Below are positions 1 through 8,630 of a DNA stretch of 64,000 bases, in pieces. This DNA comes from Candidatus Aminicenantes bacterium. GTDB lineage: Bacteria > Acidobacteriota > Aminicenantia > Aminicenantales > Saccharicenantaceae. How positions within the stretch are numbered: the stretch's first letter is position 1; each line of letters begins with the position of its first letter. The DNA lies in assembly GCA_963807525.1 (NCBI GenBank), contig CAWECI010000008.1:33011-97010 (forward strand). Reading direction: 5' to 3'. The translations under genes and the position numbers were made by a program. The notes under the pieces were generated by a model. That model did no database searches. It was not told where the DNA came from and saw only the letters and a program-made list of their open reading frames with translations.

Positions 1-1
1 C

Positions 2-1036
2 CCCACGGGCCTTCGCGGGCTGGGCATCCTCGTCACCGAGGCCGTCCGCGGCGAGGGCGGCGTGCTGAGGAACCGGGCCGGCGAACGCTTCATGGAGCGC
101 TACTCGCCGAAGCTCCTCGATCTCGCGCCTCGCGACATCATCTCGCGGGCCATCGTCACCGAGATCCGGGAGGGCCGCGGCTTCGCCGGGGACGGCTCGG
201 CCGAGGACTATGTCGTCCTGGATGCCACCGCGCTCGGGAAGGAGACCCTGGCCTCCAAGCTGCCCGATATCACCGGCTTCTGCCGGACCTACCTCGGCCT
301 GGATCCGGCCGAGTCGCCCATCCCCGTTCTGCCGACGGCCCATTACGCCATGGGCGGCATCCCGACCGACGACCGCGGGCGGGTCGCCGGCTGGAACCCG
401 GGGGAGCTCTACCAGGGCCTTTATGCCGCGGGGGAATGCGCCTGCGTCTCCGTCCACGGGGCCAACCGCCTGGGCACGAACAGCCTCGTCGATCTGGTCG
501 TCTTCGGCCGGCGGGCCGGCGACCACATGGCGGAGTTCACGGCGGGCGGCGGCGGAGGGCCCCGAGGGCCGGACCGCGGGCCCGATCTGGCCCGCTATTG
601 GACGGACCGGCTGCGGCCGGGTCGCGGCGGTCCGGGGACGCCGGCGGAAGACCTGCGCTGGCAGATGGAGACGATCATGATGGAGAAGGTCGGGATCTTC
701 CGACGCGGGTTGACGCTGGCCGAGGCCGTCCAGGAGCTCGGCGCGCTTCGCCGGCTCTGGCGCGACTCGCGGCCCCGCGACGCCGCCCGGTCCTTCAACC
801 TCGAGCGCCTCGACCTCCTCGAGCTCGGCCATCTTCTCGATCTCGCCTACGTCACCGCCGCCTCGGCCCTGGCCCGGCTGGAAAGCCGGGGCTCCCACGC
901 GCGCGAGGATCATCCGGACCGCGACGATGCCCGCTGGCTGAGGCATACGCTGGCACGTCTCGACGGAGACCGGGTCATCCTCGGCGACCGGCCCGTCGAT
1001 CTGGGGCGATGGGCTCCCGCCCCGAGGGCTTATTGA
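2..1036 (+). CDS. sdhA: succinate dehydrogenase / fumarate reductase flavoprotein subunit, C-terminal part (5' end outside window)
   Basis: The frame is open back to nt 2 (..TEAVRGEGGVLRN..). Motifs HYAMGGIPTD and AAGECACVSVHGANRLGTNSL are typical of SdhA/FrdA. The Fe-S subunit gene starts 1 nt after its stop. Confidence 0.9.
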   Translation, partial: PTGLRGLGILVTEAVRGEGGVLRNRAGERFMERYSPKLLDLAPRDIISRAIVTEIREGRGFAGDGSAEDYVVLDATALGKETLASKLPDITGFCRTYLGLDPAESPIPVLPTAHYAMGGIPTDDRGRVAGWNPGELYQGLYAAGECACVSVHGANRLGTNSLVDLVVFGRRAGDHMAEFTAGGGGGPRGPDRGPDLARYWTDRLRPGRGGPGTPAEDLRWQMETIMMEKVGIFRRGLTLAEAVQELGALRRLWRDSRPRDAARSFNLERLDLLELGHLLDLAYVTAASALARLESRGSHAREDHPDRDDARWLRHTLARLDGDRVILGDRPVDLGRWAPAPRAY

Positions 1037-1037
1037 C

Positions 1038-1811
1038 ATGACCATCCGGCTCGAGATCCTTCGCCGGCCGCCGGGGCCCGGCCGGGCCTGGACGGCCAGA
1101 CTCGCCATCGAGGCCCGGGCCGACGAGCGGCTTCTCGACGTCCTCGTCCGCGTCCAGCGGCGGGTCGACCCGACGCTCGTGTTCCGCAAGAGCTGCGGCC
1201 ACGGGGTCTGCGGCTCGGACGCCATGGTCATCAACGGCCGGGAACGGTTGGCCTGTCAGACGCTGGTCAAAGAGGTGGCGCCCGAGGAGGGGGCTGTCGT
1301 CACGGTCGAGCCGCTGCGAAGCCTCGGGGTCCTGCGGGATCTCATCGTCGATCAGGAACCGTTCTTCCGCCGCTATCGGGAGGTCAAGCCGTACCTGATC
1401 GCGGCGGAGGCCGGGAGCGAACCTCAGGCCGGACCGCGGGAGCGTCTCCAGAGCCCGCAGCAGCGCCAAGCGATCGACGACGCGACGAACTGCATCCTCT
1501 GCGCCGCTTGCTTCTCGGCCTGTCCGGTCGTCCGCGAAGTGAATCCTCGGTTCCTCGGTCCGGCGGCTATCGTCCAGGCCAGCCGATTCGTCGAGGACAG
1601 CCGGGACCGGGGCTTGGAGGACCGGCTGGGTCCTCTGGACCGGCCCGACGGGGTCTGGCCGTGCGAGAACAGGTACGAATGCACCAGGGTCTGCCCCCGG
1701 GGGATCCACGTCACGAAGCTCATCAACCTGACCAAGCGGCGGCTCATCGAGTTCAAGAAGGCCCGGCCGGCCCGGCATGAGCCGGCTCCAGCTGGCACGG
1801 TTCTTGGATAG
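1038..1811 (+). CDS. sdhB: succinate dehydrogenase / fumarate reductase iron-sulfur subunit
   Basis: Cluster-ligand motifs CGHGVCGSDAMVINGRERLAC, CILCAACFSACP and CTRVCPRGI. Position directly after sdhA. Confidence 0.9.
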   Translation: MTIRLEILRRPPGPGRAWTARLAIEARADERLLDVLVRVQRRVDPTLVFRKSCGHGVCGSDAMVINGRERLACQTLVKEVAPEEGAVVTVEPLRSLGVLRDLIVDQEPFFRRYREVKPYLIAAEAGSEPQAGPRERLQSPQQRQAIDDATNCILCAACFSACPVVREVNPRFLGPAAIVQASRFVEDSRDRGLEDRLGPLDRPDGVWPCENRYECTRVCPRGIHVTKLINLTKRRLIEFKKARPARHEPAPAGTVLG

Positions 1812-1834
1812 TTGAGACAGAGAAGGGGGGTTAT

Positions 1835-3301
1835 ATGAACGCAAGAAGTTCGAGGTCTTTCATTTTGGCTGTATGCATACAATTGTGCATATCATTTCTC
1901 GGCACGGCATCCGCCCAGTCCGGGAATGCGACCCAAGCCCAGAGGCACGCGCTGATGGCCGAGATCAGCGACGCTTTCGAATCCGCGGCCGACAAGGTCA
2001 GCGATTTCGTCGTGCCTATATTCGCCGAGCAGGTCGTCAAGACCCCGGCCCAAGGGTTTCCGGATGATCCCTTCCGGGAGTTCTTTGGCAACGACTTCTT
2101 CAAGCGCTTCTTCGGGGCCACGCCGCAGCCCCAGGCGAGGACCGTGCGCAGCCTCGGGTCGGGGGTCATCGTCTCTCCGGACGGTCACATCCTGACGAAC
2201 AACCACGTCGTCGAGGGCGCCGACAAGCTGACGGTCATCCTCCAGGACAAGCGGCGGCTCCAGGCCAAGGTCATCGGGACGGATCCGCTGACCGACGTTG
2301 CGGTGATCAAGATCGACGCCGTCGGCCTGCCGACCGCCGTCCTGGGCGACTCCGACGCCGTCCGGGTCGGCCAGTGGGTCATCGCCGTGGGCAATCCCTT
2401 CGCCCTGCTGAGGACCGTGACCCACGGCATCATCAGCGCCACGGGCCGGTCGTCGGTCGGCCTGGCGACCTACGAGGACTTCATCCAGACAGACGCCCCG
2501 ATCAATCCCGGCAACAGCGGCGGGGCCTTGGCCGATCTCGACGGCAACGTCGTCGGCATCAACTCGGCCATTTCCAGCCCCTCGGGCGGGAACGTCGGCG
2601 TGGGATTCGCCATCCCGATCAACATGGCCCGGGCCGTCATGAACGAGCTGATCGCCAAGGGCCGGGTCATCCGGGGCTTCCTCGGCGTGACCGCCCAGGA
2701 CATCGACCAGTCGCTTGTCGGTCCGCTCAAGCTCAAGGACGCCGGCGGAGCCCTGGTCAGCGAGGTCAGCCCGGATACGCCCGCCGCGCGGGCCGACATC
2801 AAGCCGGGCGACGTCATCGTCGAATTCGACGGGAAGAAGGTCGACTCGAGCCGGGAGCTCAGCAACATGGCCGCCCAGGCGGCCCCGGGGAGCCGGGTCA
2901 AGATCGGGCTCCTCCGGGACGGCGAAAGGCTCGATGTCACCGCCACGCTCGGCGAGCGCTCCGAGGGCAAGGCGCAGACCAAGCCGGTCAAGCCGGGCGA
3001 GGGGCGGGGCCCGACGGCCGAGAAGCTCGGCCTTGCCATCCAGACCCTGAGCGCCGATATCGCCAAAGAGCTGGGTTACTCCGGGGACAAGGGCGCCCTG
3101 ATCACCGACGTCACGCCGGGCGGCGCGGGGGACGACGCCGACCTCAAGGCGGGCGACTTGATTAAGGAGGTCAACCGCGTCCGCGTCGCCACGGCCCAAG
3201 ACTTCGAGACCATCGTCCGGGCCGCCAAGAGCGGCGAGACGCTGGCCCTTCTGGTGCGACGAGGCCAGGACAGCTTCTTCGTCGCCGTGAAGATCCCGTA
3301 G
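1835..3301 (+). CDS. periplasmic HtrA/DegP-family (Do) serine endopeptidase with two PDZ domains
   Basis: N-terminal signal peptide. GSGVIVSPDGHILTNNHVV (His region) and INPGNSGGAL (Ser region). Two PDZ-like segments (GVTAQDI.. and GLAIQTL..). GGGGGG-type SD before the ATG. Confidence 0.9.
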   Translation: MNARSSRSFILAVCIQLCISFLGTASAQSGNATQAQRHALMAEISDAFESAADKVSDFVVPIFAEQVVKTPAQGFPDDPFREFFGNDFFKRFFGATPQPQARTVRSLGSGVIVSPDGHILTNNHVVEGADKLTVILQDKRRLQAKVIGTDPLTDVAVIKIDAVGLPTAVLGDSDAVRVGQWVIAVGNPFALLRTVTHGIISATGRSSVGLATYEDFIQTDAPINPGNSGGALADLDGNVVGINSAISSPSGGNVGVGFAIPINMARAVMNELIAKGRVIRGFLGVTAQDIDQSLVGPLKLKDAGGALVSEVSPDTPAARADIKPGDVIVEFDGKKVDSSRELSNMAAQAAPGSRVKIGLLRDGERLDVTATLGERSEGKAQTKPVKPGEGRGPTAEKLGLAIQTLSADIAKELGYSGDKGALITDVTPGGAGDDADLKAGDLIKEVNRVRVATAQDFETIVRAAKSGETLALLVRRGQDSFFVAVKIP

Positions 3302-3304
3302 GGT

Positions 3305-4048
3305 TCAGCGCTGCTTGAGCGTCTCGAGGATGGCCGCTGCGACGGGCCCGTAGCCGCTCTTCAGGCGGTGTCCTCCGGGCAGCTGGAGGCAATGGACCCG
3401 ATGGGGGTCGAGCTTAGTGCAGATCTGGTCGTCGTCCCCTTCGCCATAGGCGCAGAGGATCTTGATGCCGGCCGGGATCTTCTCGATCTCCGGGATGGTG
3501 GGCAGGGTGTTCTTCCGCGGGCCGGCGCCTACCCAGTCGAGGACGTGGAACTCGAATTCCGCCGATGAGGAGGGCCCCAGGAGGGCGATCAGGACCACCT
3601 GGGCCTGGAGGTCCTCCGGCAGACGGGTCATCATGAACGGCAGGGTGTCCGCGCCGAGGGAATAGCCGATCAGGACCACCCGGGTCTTGCGCCAGGCCGC
3701 GAGATAATGGCGCAGGATCCGAGTCAGGTCCAGACCCGTTTCATCCGGCGTCTTGGGCTTCCAGAAATACTTGAGGGCGTTGAGGCCGATCACGGCGACG
3801 CCGCTGTTCGACAGGTCTTGGGACAGGCCTCGGTCCGGCAGGGCCCATCCGCCATCGCCGGTGACCAGGACTGCCAGGACGTCGGTGGTGCCGAAGGCGG
3901 CCGGGACCTCGACGAGGGGCAGGTCTCTCACGGCCGGGAGTCCGGCCTGATCCGTGGCCGGAGGCGTCCCGGCGCCGGGACCGGCGGCCGCGCCCAGGGC
4001 GGTCAGAATAAAAAGAACGATGACGACAGACAAACGGCGGGCGCTCAT
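3305..4048 (-). CDS. AcvB/VirJ-family alpha/beta hydrolase (putative aminoacyl-phosphatidylglycerol hydrolase), secreted
   Basis: Signal peptide MSARRLSVVIVLFILTALGAAA. TGDGGW and GYSLGAD motifs as in VirJ/AcvB. The ATG at 4048 overlaps the upstream stop (ATGA). The ORF-track start 4135 lies inside the upstream gene. Confidence 0.8.
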   Translation of the reverse strand: MSARRLSVVIVLFILTALGAAAGPGAGTPPATDQAGLPAVRDLPLVEVPAAFGTTDVLAVLVTGDGGWALPDRGLSQDLSNSGVAVIGLNALKYFWKPKTPDETGLDLTRILRHYLAAWRKTRVVLIGYSLGADTLPFMMTRLPEDLQAQVVLIALLGPSSSAEFEFHVLDWVGAGPRKNTLPTIPEIEKIPAGIKILCAYGEGDDDQICTKLDPHRVHCLQLPGGHRLKSGYGPVAAAILETLKQR

Positions 4049-5052
4049 GATCCGGCGCTCCCTTGCGTGATCTTGGCCTTCGTCGAGGCCAGCGACAGTC
4101 CGGTCCGGCCCAGGGCCAGGAGTCCCAGGCCCCAAAGCGGCGCCGACAGAAGCACAAAAACGACGACGGAGAAGCCGGCCGCGACCGTCTTATCCACGCC
4201 AAAGAGGGCCAGGCCCAGGACGCAGAACACTTGGTACAGGCCGAGGTTGCCCGGCGCCCCCGGGATGACCGTGCCGAAACGGACGATCAGGAAGACCGCC
4301 CCGGCGATCCAGAACGAGAGGCGCAGTCCATAAGCGATCATGATGAACCAGAACGAGAAGGCCTGGAAAGCGACGACCGGCAACGAGAGCAGGAAGGCGG
4401 CGGCCGAGACGCGGGTCAGGCCGATCAGGCGAAGCCCGTCCTGGAGTTGCCGCACATTCGAGGCGATCCAGCGGGACGCGGCCGAGCGGGGCCTGTCGGG
4501 GCGGTCGGGACGCGGCTCGCGGGCCCTGCGGACCACAAGAAAGAAGGTCAGGGCCGTCAACCCGATGATGGCCAGGCCGAAAATATTGCCGGCCGCGATC
4601 AGCCTGCGCGGCAGAGGCACTCGGATGGCCGTCAGGCCCAGGCCGGCCGCGAGCCAGATGCCATCGAAGAGACGTTCCAGGGCCATCGACGGCACGACGG
4701 AGACCAAGGGGGCGGCCAGCCAGCGGGCGACGGGATAGGCCCGGACGACTTCGCCGATATGAAAGGGCGCGACCTCGTTGAGGAAGAGGCCGGCGTAGAC
4801 GGCCTGGGTCGCCCGCATCACGGACAGGTCGCCGACCGGTTTGAGGAGCAGGCGCCAGCGGACCGCCTGGAGGACATAAGCGATGACGTCGGCCAGGATG
4901 CCGATGACGACCCAACGCCAGTCGAGCCCGGCCACGTGCTTCAGGAGCTTGGCCCAGGCGACGTCGTGGAAGACCCAGGCCAGCCCGGCGACAGCCGCGA
5001 GGTAGGCGGCCGTGCGGCCGAGCGTCCGGCCGAGCCCAGGCTTCTTGGTCAT
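4045..5052 (-). CDS. polytopic membrane protein of the lysylphosphatidylglycerol-synthase TM-region (UPF0104, MprF flippase-like) family
   Basis: Only the last 335 codons of the 587-aa track ORF look real (MTKKPGLGRTLG.. with 8 or so hydrophobic helices, RWRLLL motif). ATG 5052 overlaps the stop of the upstream gene (ATGA). The upstream part of the ORF is an Arg/Pro-rich out-of-frame read of the MprF gene. Confidence 0.75.
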   Translation of the reverse strand: MTKKPGLGRTLGRTAAYLAAVAGLAWVFHDVAWAKLLKHVAGLDWRWVVIGILADVIAYVLQAVRWRLLLKPVGDLSVMRATQAVYAGLFLNEVAPFHIGEVVRAYPVARWLAAPLVSVVPSMALERLFDGIWLAAGLGLTAIRVPLPRRLIAAGNIFGLAIIGLTALTFFLVVRRAREPRPDRPDRPRSAASRWIASNVRQLQDGLRLIGLTRVSAAAFLLSLPVVAFQAFSFWFIMIAYGLRLSFWIAGAVFLIVRFGTVIPGAPGNLGLYQVFCVLGLALFGVDKTVAAGFSVVVFVLLSAPLWGLGLLALGRTGLSLASTKAKITQGSAGS

Positions 5053-6803
5053 TTGGCCACGACCCCCGAGCTCAGGCCCGAGATCCGGAGAAGGGCGATG
5101 GCCATCCGCGGCAGCTCGAAGACGTTCCGGTACATCGTGTAGCGGGGCTCCCAGTGCGTCGCGAACTTGGCCTTGTAGTCCGACAGGCCCTCGTAGCTGA
5201 AAATGAAGTTCAGGCGCTGCAGGAAGTACTGGACGGCCCTCTCCTCGGCCCCCGACTCCTCCCCGGTCAGGAAGCCGGACAGAGGCGCCAGCCCGAGGCT
5301 GAACCGGCGGAACCCGTTCTCCTTTTGCTTCTCGAAGAGCTTGATGAAAAGGCTGTCCATGATGCCCGGCGGCGCGTCCCGGCAATGGCGCATCAGGTCG
5401 ATGGTCGTCTCGCCCGGGGCGTAGGACCGGACGATGTTGACGAACGCGAGGACTTGACCGTCCGGCCCCAGGGCGGCGAAAACCGGGGTCGGCCGGACCT
5501 CGGCCTCGGAAAAGACCCCGACCGTGAAGCCTCTTTCCCGGCGGCCCGGGATGCGCAGCCAATCGTCCGAGACCTCGCGCAGGCGGGCCAAAACCTCGTC
5601 CGGGATGGGCGGCTCGTAAAAGACCGCCCGCAGACCGGTCTTGTCGAACTGGTTGAGGGCGTGGCGGATGTGTTTCATCGACCTGCCGCCCAGGTCGAAG
5701 GCGTCGAAGTCGACGATGGCGTCCTCGCCGATCTTCATCTTCTTGAAGCCGGCCTGGCGGTACAACGGCAGGAAATCGGGCAGGACCTGGTAGAAGGCCA
5801 GCCGCCAATCGTTGTCTTCGCAGAACGCCGCGAACGAGCGGATGAGCCCCGGCAATTCCTCCTCCGGGCCGACGGGGTCGGCCAGGGTCACCGCGAAGGC
5901 GCGCGACACTCGATAAGCGATGAAGGAGGCGCCGGATTCGGAGAAGAAGAAGGCCTTGTCATGCGCCAGCTTGAACGGGTCGAGCGCGGACCGGCCGTGC
6001 GACTCCAGGATCCGGGCGGCCTCGGCCCGCTCTTCGGGCAGGGTCCGGAGCCTGTAGAAGACCGGCCGGAAGAGCGAGTAGAGCACAAAGAGCAGGGCCG
6101 TGACGGAGACGAGGTCGAGCGAATCCAGGAACCAGACCGCGAAACGCGTCTGCGGGACGAGGAAGGGATCCTGGACAAAGACCAGGGCGGAGAGCGTCCG
6201 GCGGACGCCGTCCGCGAAGCTGAAGGTGATGCCGAAGTCCCGCTTTTCCAGGAGCCAGAAGCCTACGGCGCCGTAGAGGAGCGTGACGGCGAGGGCGATC
6301 CCGAGCGGGATCAGCGTGGTCCGAAGGTCCGGCAGGCTGCTCTTGACCCGGAAGTTCTTCCGGGCCAGGAACAGGACGATCATCAGGACGAGCGAGAGCG
6401 TGGCCTCCTCGTAATCCAGACCCTTGGTCAGGTGGAAGACGACCGAGAGCCCGGCCAGGATCATCACCAGGACGAAGGCCCGCTTCTTGCGCTTGAGGAT
6501 GTTCAGCGAGGACACGGCCAGGGCGAAGCCGATGAGGAGGGACAGGAAGCGGGACAGGTGCACGAACGAGAGGGGGAAGATCCCCCCCAGAACGGTCATG
6601 CGCGTGGGCAGGGATCGGCTCGCCGCGGAGATGATGTTGACGATGCCGCTGCCGAGGGTGATAAGCCCCACGGCCCGCACGACGATCCGATGCGACAGCC
6701 GCCGGCGAGCCCCTCGAGGAGCGGGCCGGTCCCCCTCCCCGGCTTCGGTCCTCGGGAATTCGCTCGTGCGCGCGCTCGTCATGGCGTCGGGCGGCGGCAG
6801 CAA
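5049..6803 (-). CDS. mprF: aminoacyl-phosphatidylglycerol synthase (MprF synthase half: about 6 TM helices plus cytosolic tRNA-dependent transferase domain)
   Basis: N-terminal hydrophobic helices, then a C-terminal domain resembling the MprF/LysX transferase domain (FIAYRVSRAFAVTLADPVGP.., YKAKFATHWEPRY). Start uncertain: TTG 6803 or ATG 6782. Confidence 0.8.
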   Translation of the reverse strand: MLPPPDAMTSARTSEFPRTEAGEGDRPAPRGARRRLSHRIVVRAVGLITLGSGIVNIISAASRSLPTRMTVLGGIFPLSFVHLSRFLSLLIGFALAVSSLNILKRKKRAFVLVMILAGLSVVFHLTKGLDYEEATLSLVLMIVLFLARKNFRVKSSLPDLRTTLIPLGIALAVTLLYGAVGFWLLEKRDFGITFSFADGVRRTLSALVFVQDPFLVPQTRFAVWFLDSLDLVSVTALLFVLYSLFRPVFYRLRTLPEERAEAARILESHGRSALDPFKLAHDKAFFFSESGASFIAYRVSRAFAVTLADPVGPEEELPGLIRSFAAFCEDNDWRLAFYQVLPDFLPLYRQAGFKKMKIGEDAIVDFDAFDLGGRSMKHIRHALNQFDKTGLRAVFYEPPIPDEVLARLREVSDDWLRIPGRRERGFTVGVFSEAEVRPTPVFAALGPDGQVLAFVNIVRSYAPGETTIDLMRHCRDAPPGIMDSLFIKLFEKQKENGFRRFSLGLAPLSGFLTGEESGAEERAVQYFLQRLNFIFSYEGLSDYKAKFATHWEPRYTMYRNVFELPRMAIALLRISGLSSGVVAK

Positions 6804-6813
6804 AGGCCGGAAG

Positions 6814-8601
6814 CTACAGCTTCTCCATGGCGCCGATCCCGACGTCGGCCGGGTCCACGTCCACGAAGACGACCCTGTTCCCGCCGGCCCTGTAGAGTAC
6901 GATCACATGCGTGGCCCCGCCCCCGGTCAAGGTCCCGGTCCAACGTCCGATATTCACGGTGTCGGCCGCAAAAGAGCCCGTCAGGCCGGCGTTGCCGTCG
7001 ATCACGCCGGAAGCGTTGACGTCCATCGTGCCGGTCAGCGCCCCGCCGGCCGCCAGGGTCCGCCCCAGCCAATCGTTCTCGCCAACGCTTGAGACGAACT
7101 CGAAGCTGACCGCGTAGTCGCCGGCCAGGTCTCCCGCCGACTGCGGCACGATCTGGCCCGTCGATACGGCCAGGGCGTCATAATCGAGGAACAGCGCGCC
7201 GCCGCCCCCGGCCGGATCGTTCGGGTCGGCGAGGTCGATGGCCGGGTCGACGAGGAAGACCCGCAGGGAGGCGAGGCTGGCCAGCTGGTCGACGGACGCG
7301 GGCAGATCGAGAGTCCCCACCCCGTTCCCGTTGATCGAATAGCGGGCCTGGCCGGCGATCGACGTCGACGTGATGAAGTTGGCGTTGTTGAGATCGGCAC
7401 GGCCGGTCGCGAAATTGCCCGCGCCGTCGGCCGCGAATTGGCCGGCATAGGCGAGAGATCCATAAGCCGTCCCCCCGGCTCCGGCCAGGGCGAAATTCCC
7501 CGTCAGGGACGCGTTCGAGAACGTCCCGCCCAGGCCGGCGTCGCCTTGCCCGAACAGGCTGCCGGCCGTCACGAACGACGGGGAATCCGCTTCGAGCAGC
7601 CGCAGGACCCGGCCTTGGACGGCGTAATAGACGTAGCTCACGCCGACGCTCAGATCGAGCGTGCCCCGGCCGAAGGCGTCCGGGGCCGTGACCGACCCGG
7701 TGACCGCAGAAGACGTTGTGATGCCGGCGTCGTTCTCGAAGTAGGTGCCGGCGGTCACGCTGCCGCTGGAAGCGGTCATCGAGAGAACGCCGCCGCGGGC
7801 GATCGGCAGCTGGATGGAGAGGTCCTCGCCCTGGGACGTGAAGGCGAACGGCCCGCTGATGGCCGCGGGGTCGAGGGCGCTCGCGGACTGGAGGTCCAGG
7901 CTGCCGCTCGAGGTGGCCGCGCCATCGAACTGCATGATGAGCGCGTGTCCGGCCGAGACCACGGTGATGCTGAACGTCTCGACCCCCTTCTGGGGCAGGT
8001 CCGAGTTGCTCACGCTGAGGTTGATGCTGCCCCGGCCGTCCGGCCCGACCGCATAGGTGCCGGCGAGGCTGTCGGGGCCGGCTTGGCGGGAGGGATCGGC
8101 ATAGTCCTGCTCGCCCCCGGTGATCAGGCCGGCGCCGTCGGCGACGAGGGTGCCGGCGGCAGCGTAGCCGCCGGTCTCGTTCTGTCCCTGGACCGCAAAG
8201 ACATAGGTCCCGCTGAGCAGGCCGTTCGAGCCGACCGGGACGACGGAGACGACGAGGCTGTCCTGGGCCGTGGCGTCCGCGGCCGCCGTGGCGACAACGG
8301 TCACCGTGCCGGCCGTCGCCGGGGCGGTGTAGACCGTCGAAGCCCCGCTCGCGGTGTGGGCGGGCGTGAACGTGCCGCACGACCCGCCGGAGCAGGACCA
8401 ATCGACGCCGGCGTCCGAGGAATCATTGCTGACCGCCGCCGTCAGGCTCACCGATTGGCCGCCGGTGACGACGCTCGGCACGGTGATCAGGGAAACGATG
8501 ACCTGTTCATGGTTCCGGGAGCAGCCGGAAGCAAGGACCAGGACGAGCGCCAGAGCGGCGAACCCCGAAAGAACGGCTATGGTCCGGCCACGGACTTTCA
8601 T
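6814..8601 (-). CDS. lipoprotein, N-terminal Ig-like domain plus Gly/Ala/Ser/Thr-rich beta-rich body; function unknown
   Basis: Signal peptide with lipobox LASGC. Long uninterrupted ORF with high third-position GC. The antisense and out-of-frame ORFs here are Arg/Pro junk. Confidence 0.7.
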   Translation of the reverse strand: MKVRGRTIAVLSGFAALALVLVLASGCSRNHEQVIVSLITVPSVVTGGQSVSLTAAVSNDSSDAGVDWSCSGGSCGTFTPAHTASGASTVYTAPATAGTVTVVATAAADATAQDSLVVSVVPVGSNGLLSGTYVFAVQGQNETGGYAAAGTLVADGAGLITGGEQDYADPSRQAGPDSLAGTYAVGPDGRGSINLSVSNSDLPQKGVETFSITVVSAGHALIMQFDGAATSSGSLDLQSASALDPAAISGPFAFTSQGEDLSIQLPIARGGVLSMTASSGSVTAGTYFENDAGITTSSAVTGSVTAPDAFGRGTLDLSVGVSYVYYAVQGRVLRLLEADSPSFVTAGSLFGQGDAGLGGTFSNASLTGNFALAGAGGTAYGSLAYAGQFAADGAGNFATGRADLNNANFITSTSIAGQARYSINGNGVGTLDLPASVDQLASLASLRVFLVDPAIDLADPNDPAGGGGALFLDYDALAVSTGQIVPQSAGDLAGDYAVSFEFVSSVGENDWLGRTLAAGGALTGTMDVNASGVIDGNAGLTGSFAADTVNIGRWTGTLTGGGATHVIVLYRAGGNRVVFVDVDPADVGIGAMEKL

Positions 8602-8630
8602 GGGAGCCTCCTTTTGTCTTCTATTCTACT

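Noticed and set aside
1892-3199. 435-aa minus-strand ORF, and the nested ORFs 2374..3165 and 2470..3066
   Set aside because: They are antisense or out of frame relative to the HtrA protease gene.
5154-7019. 621-aa plus-strand ORF
   Set aside because: It is antisense to the MprF synthase gene, with an extreme Arg/Glu/Pro/Gly bias typical of high-GC shadow ORFs.
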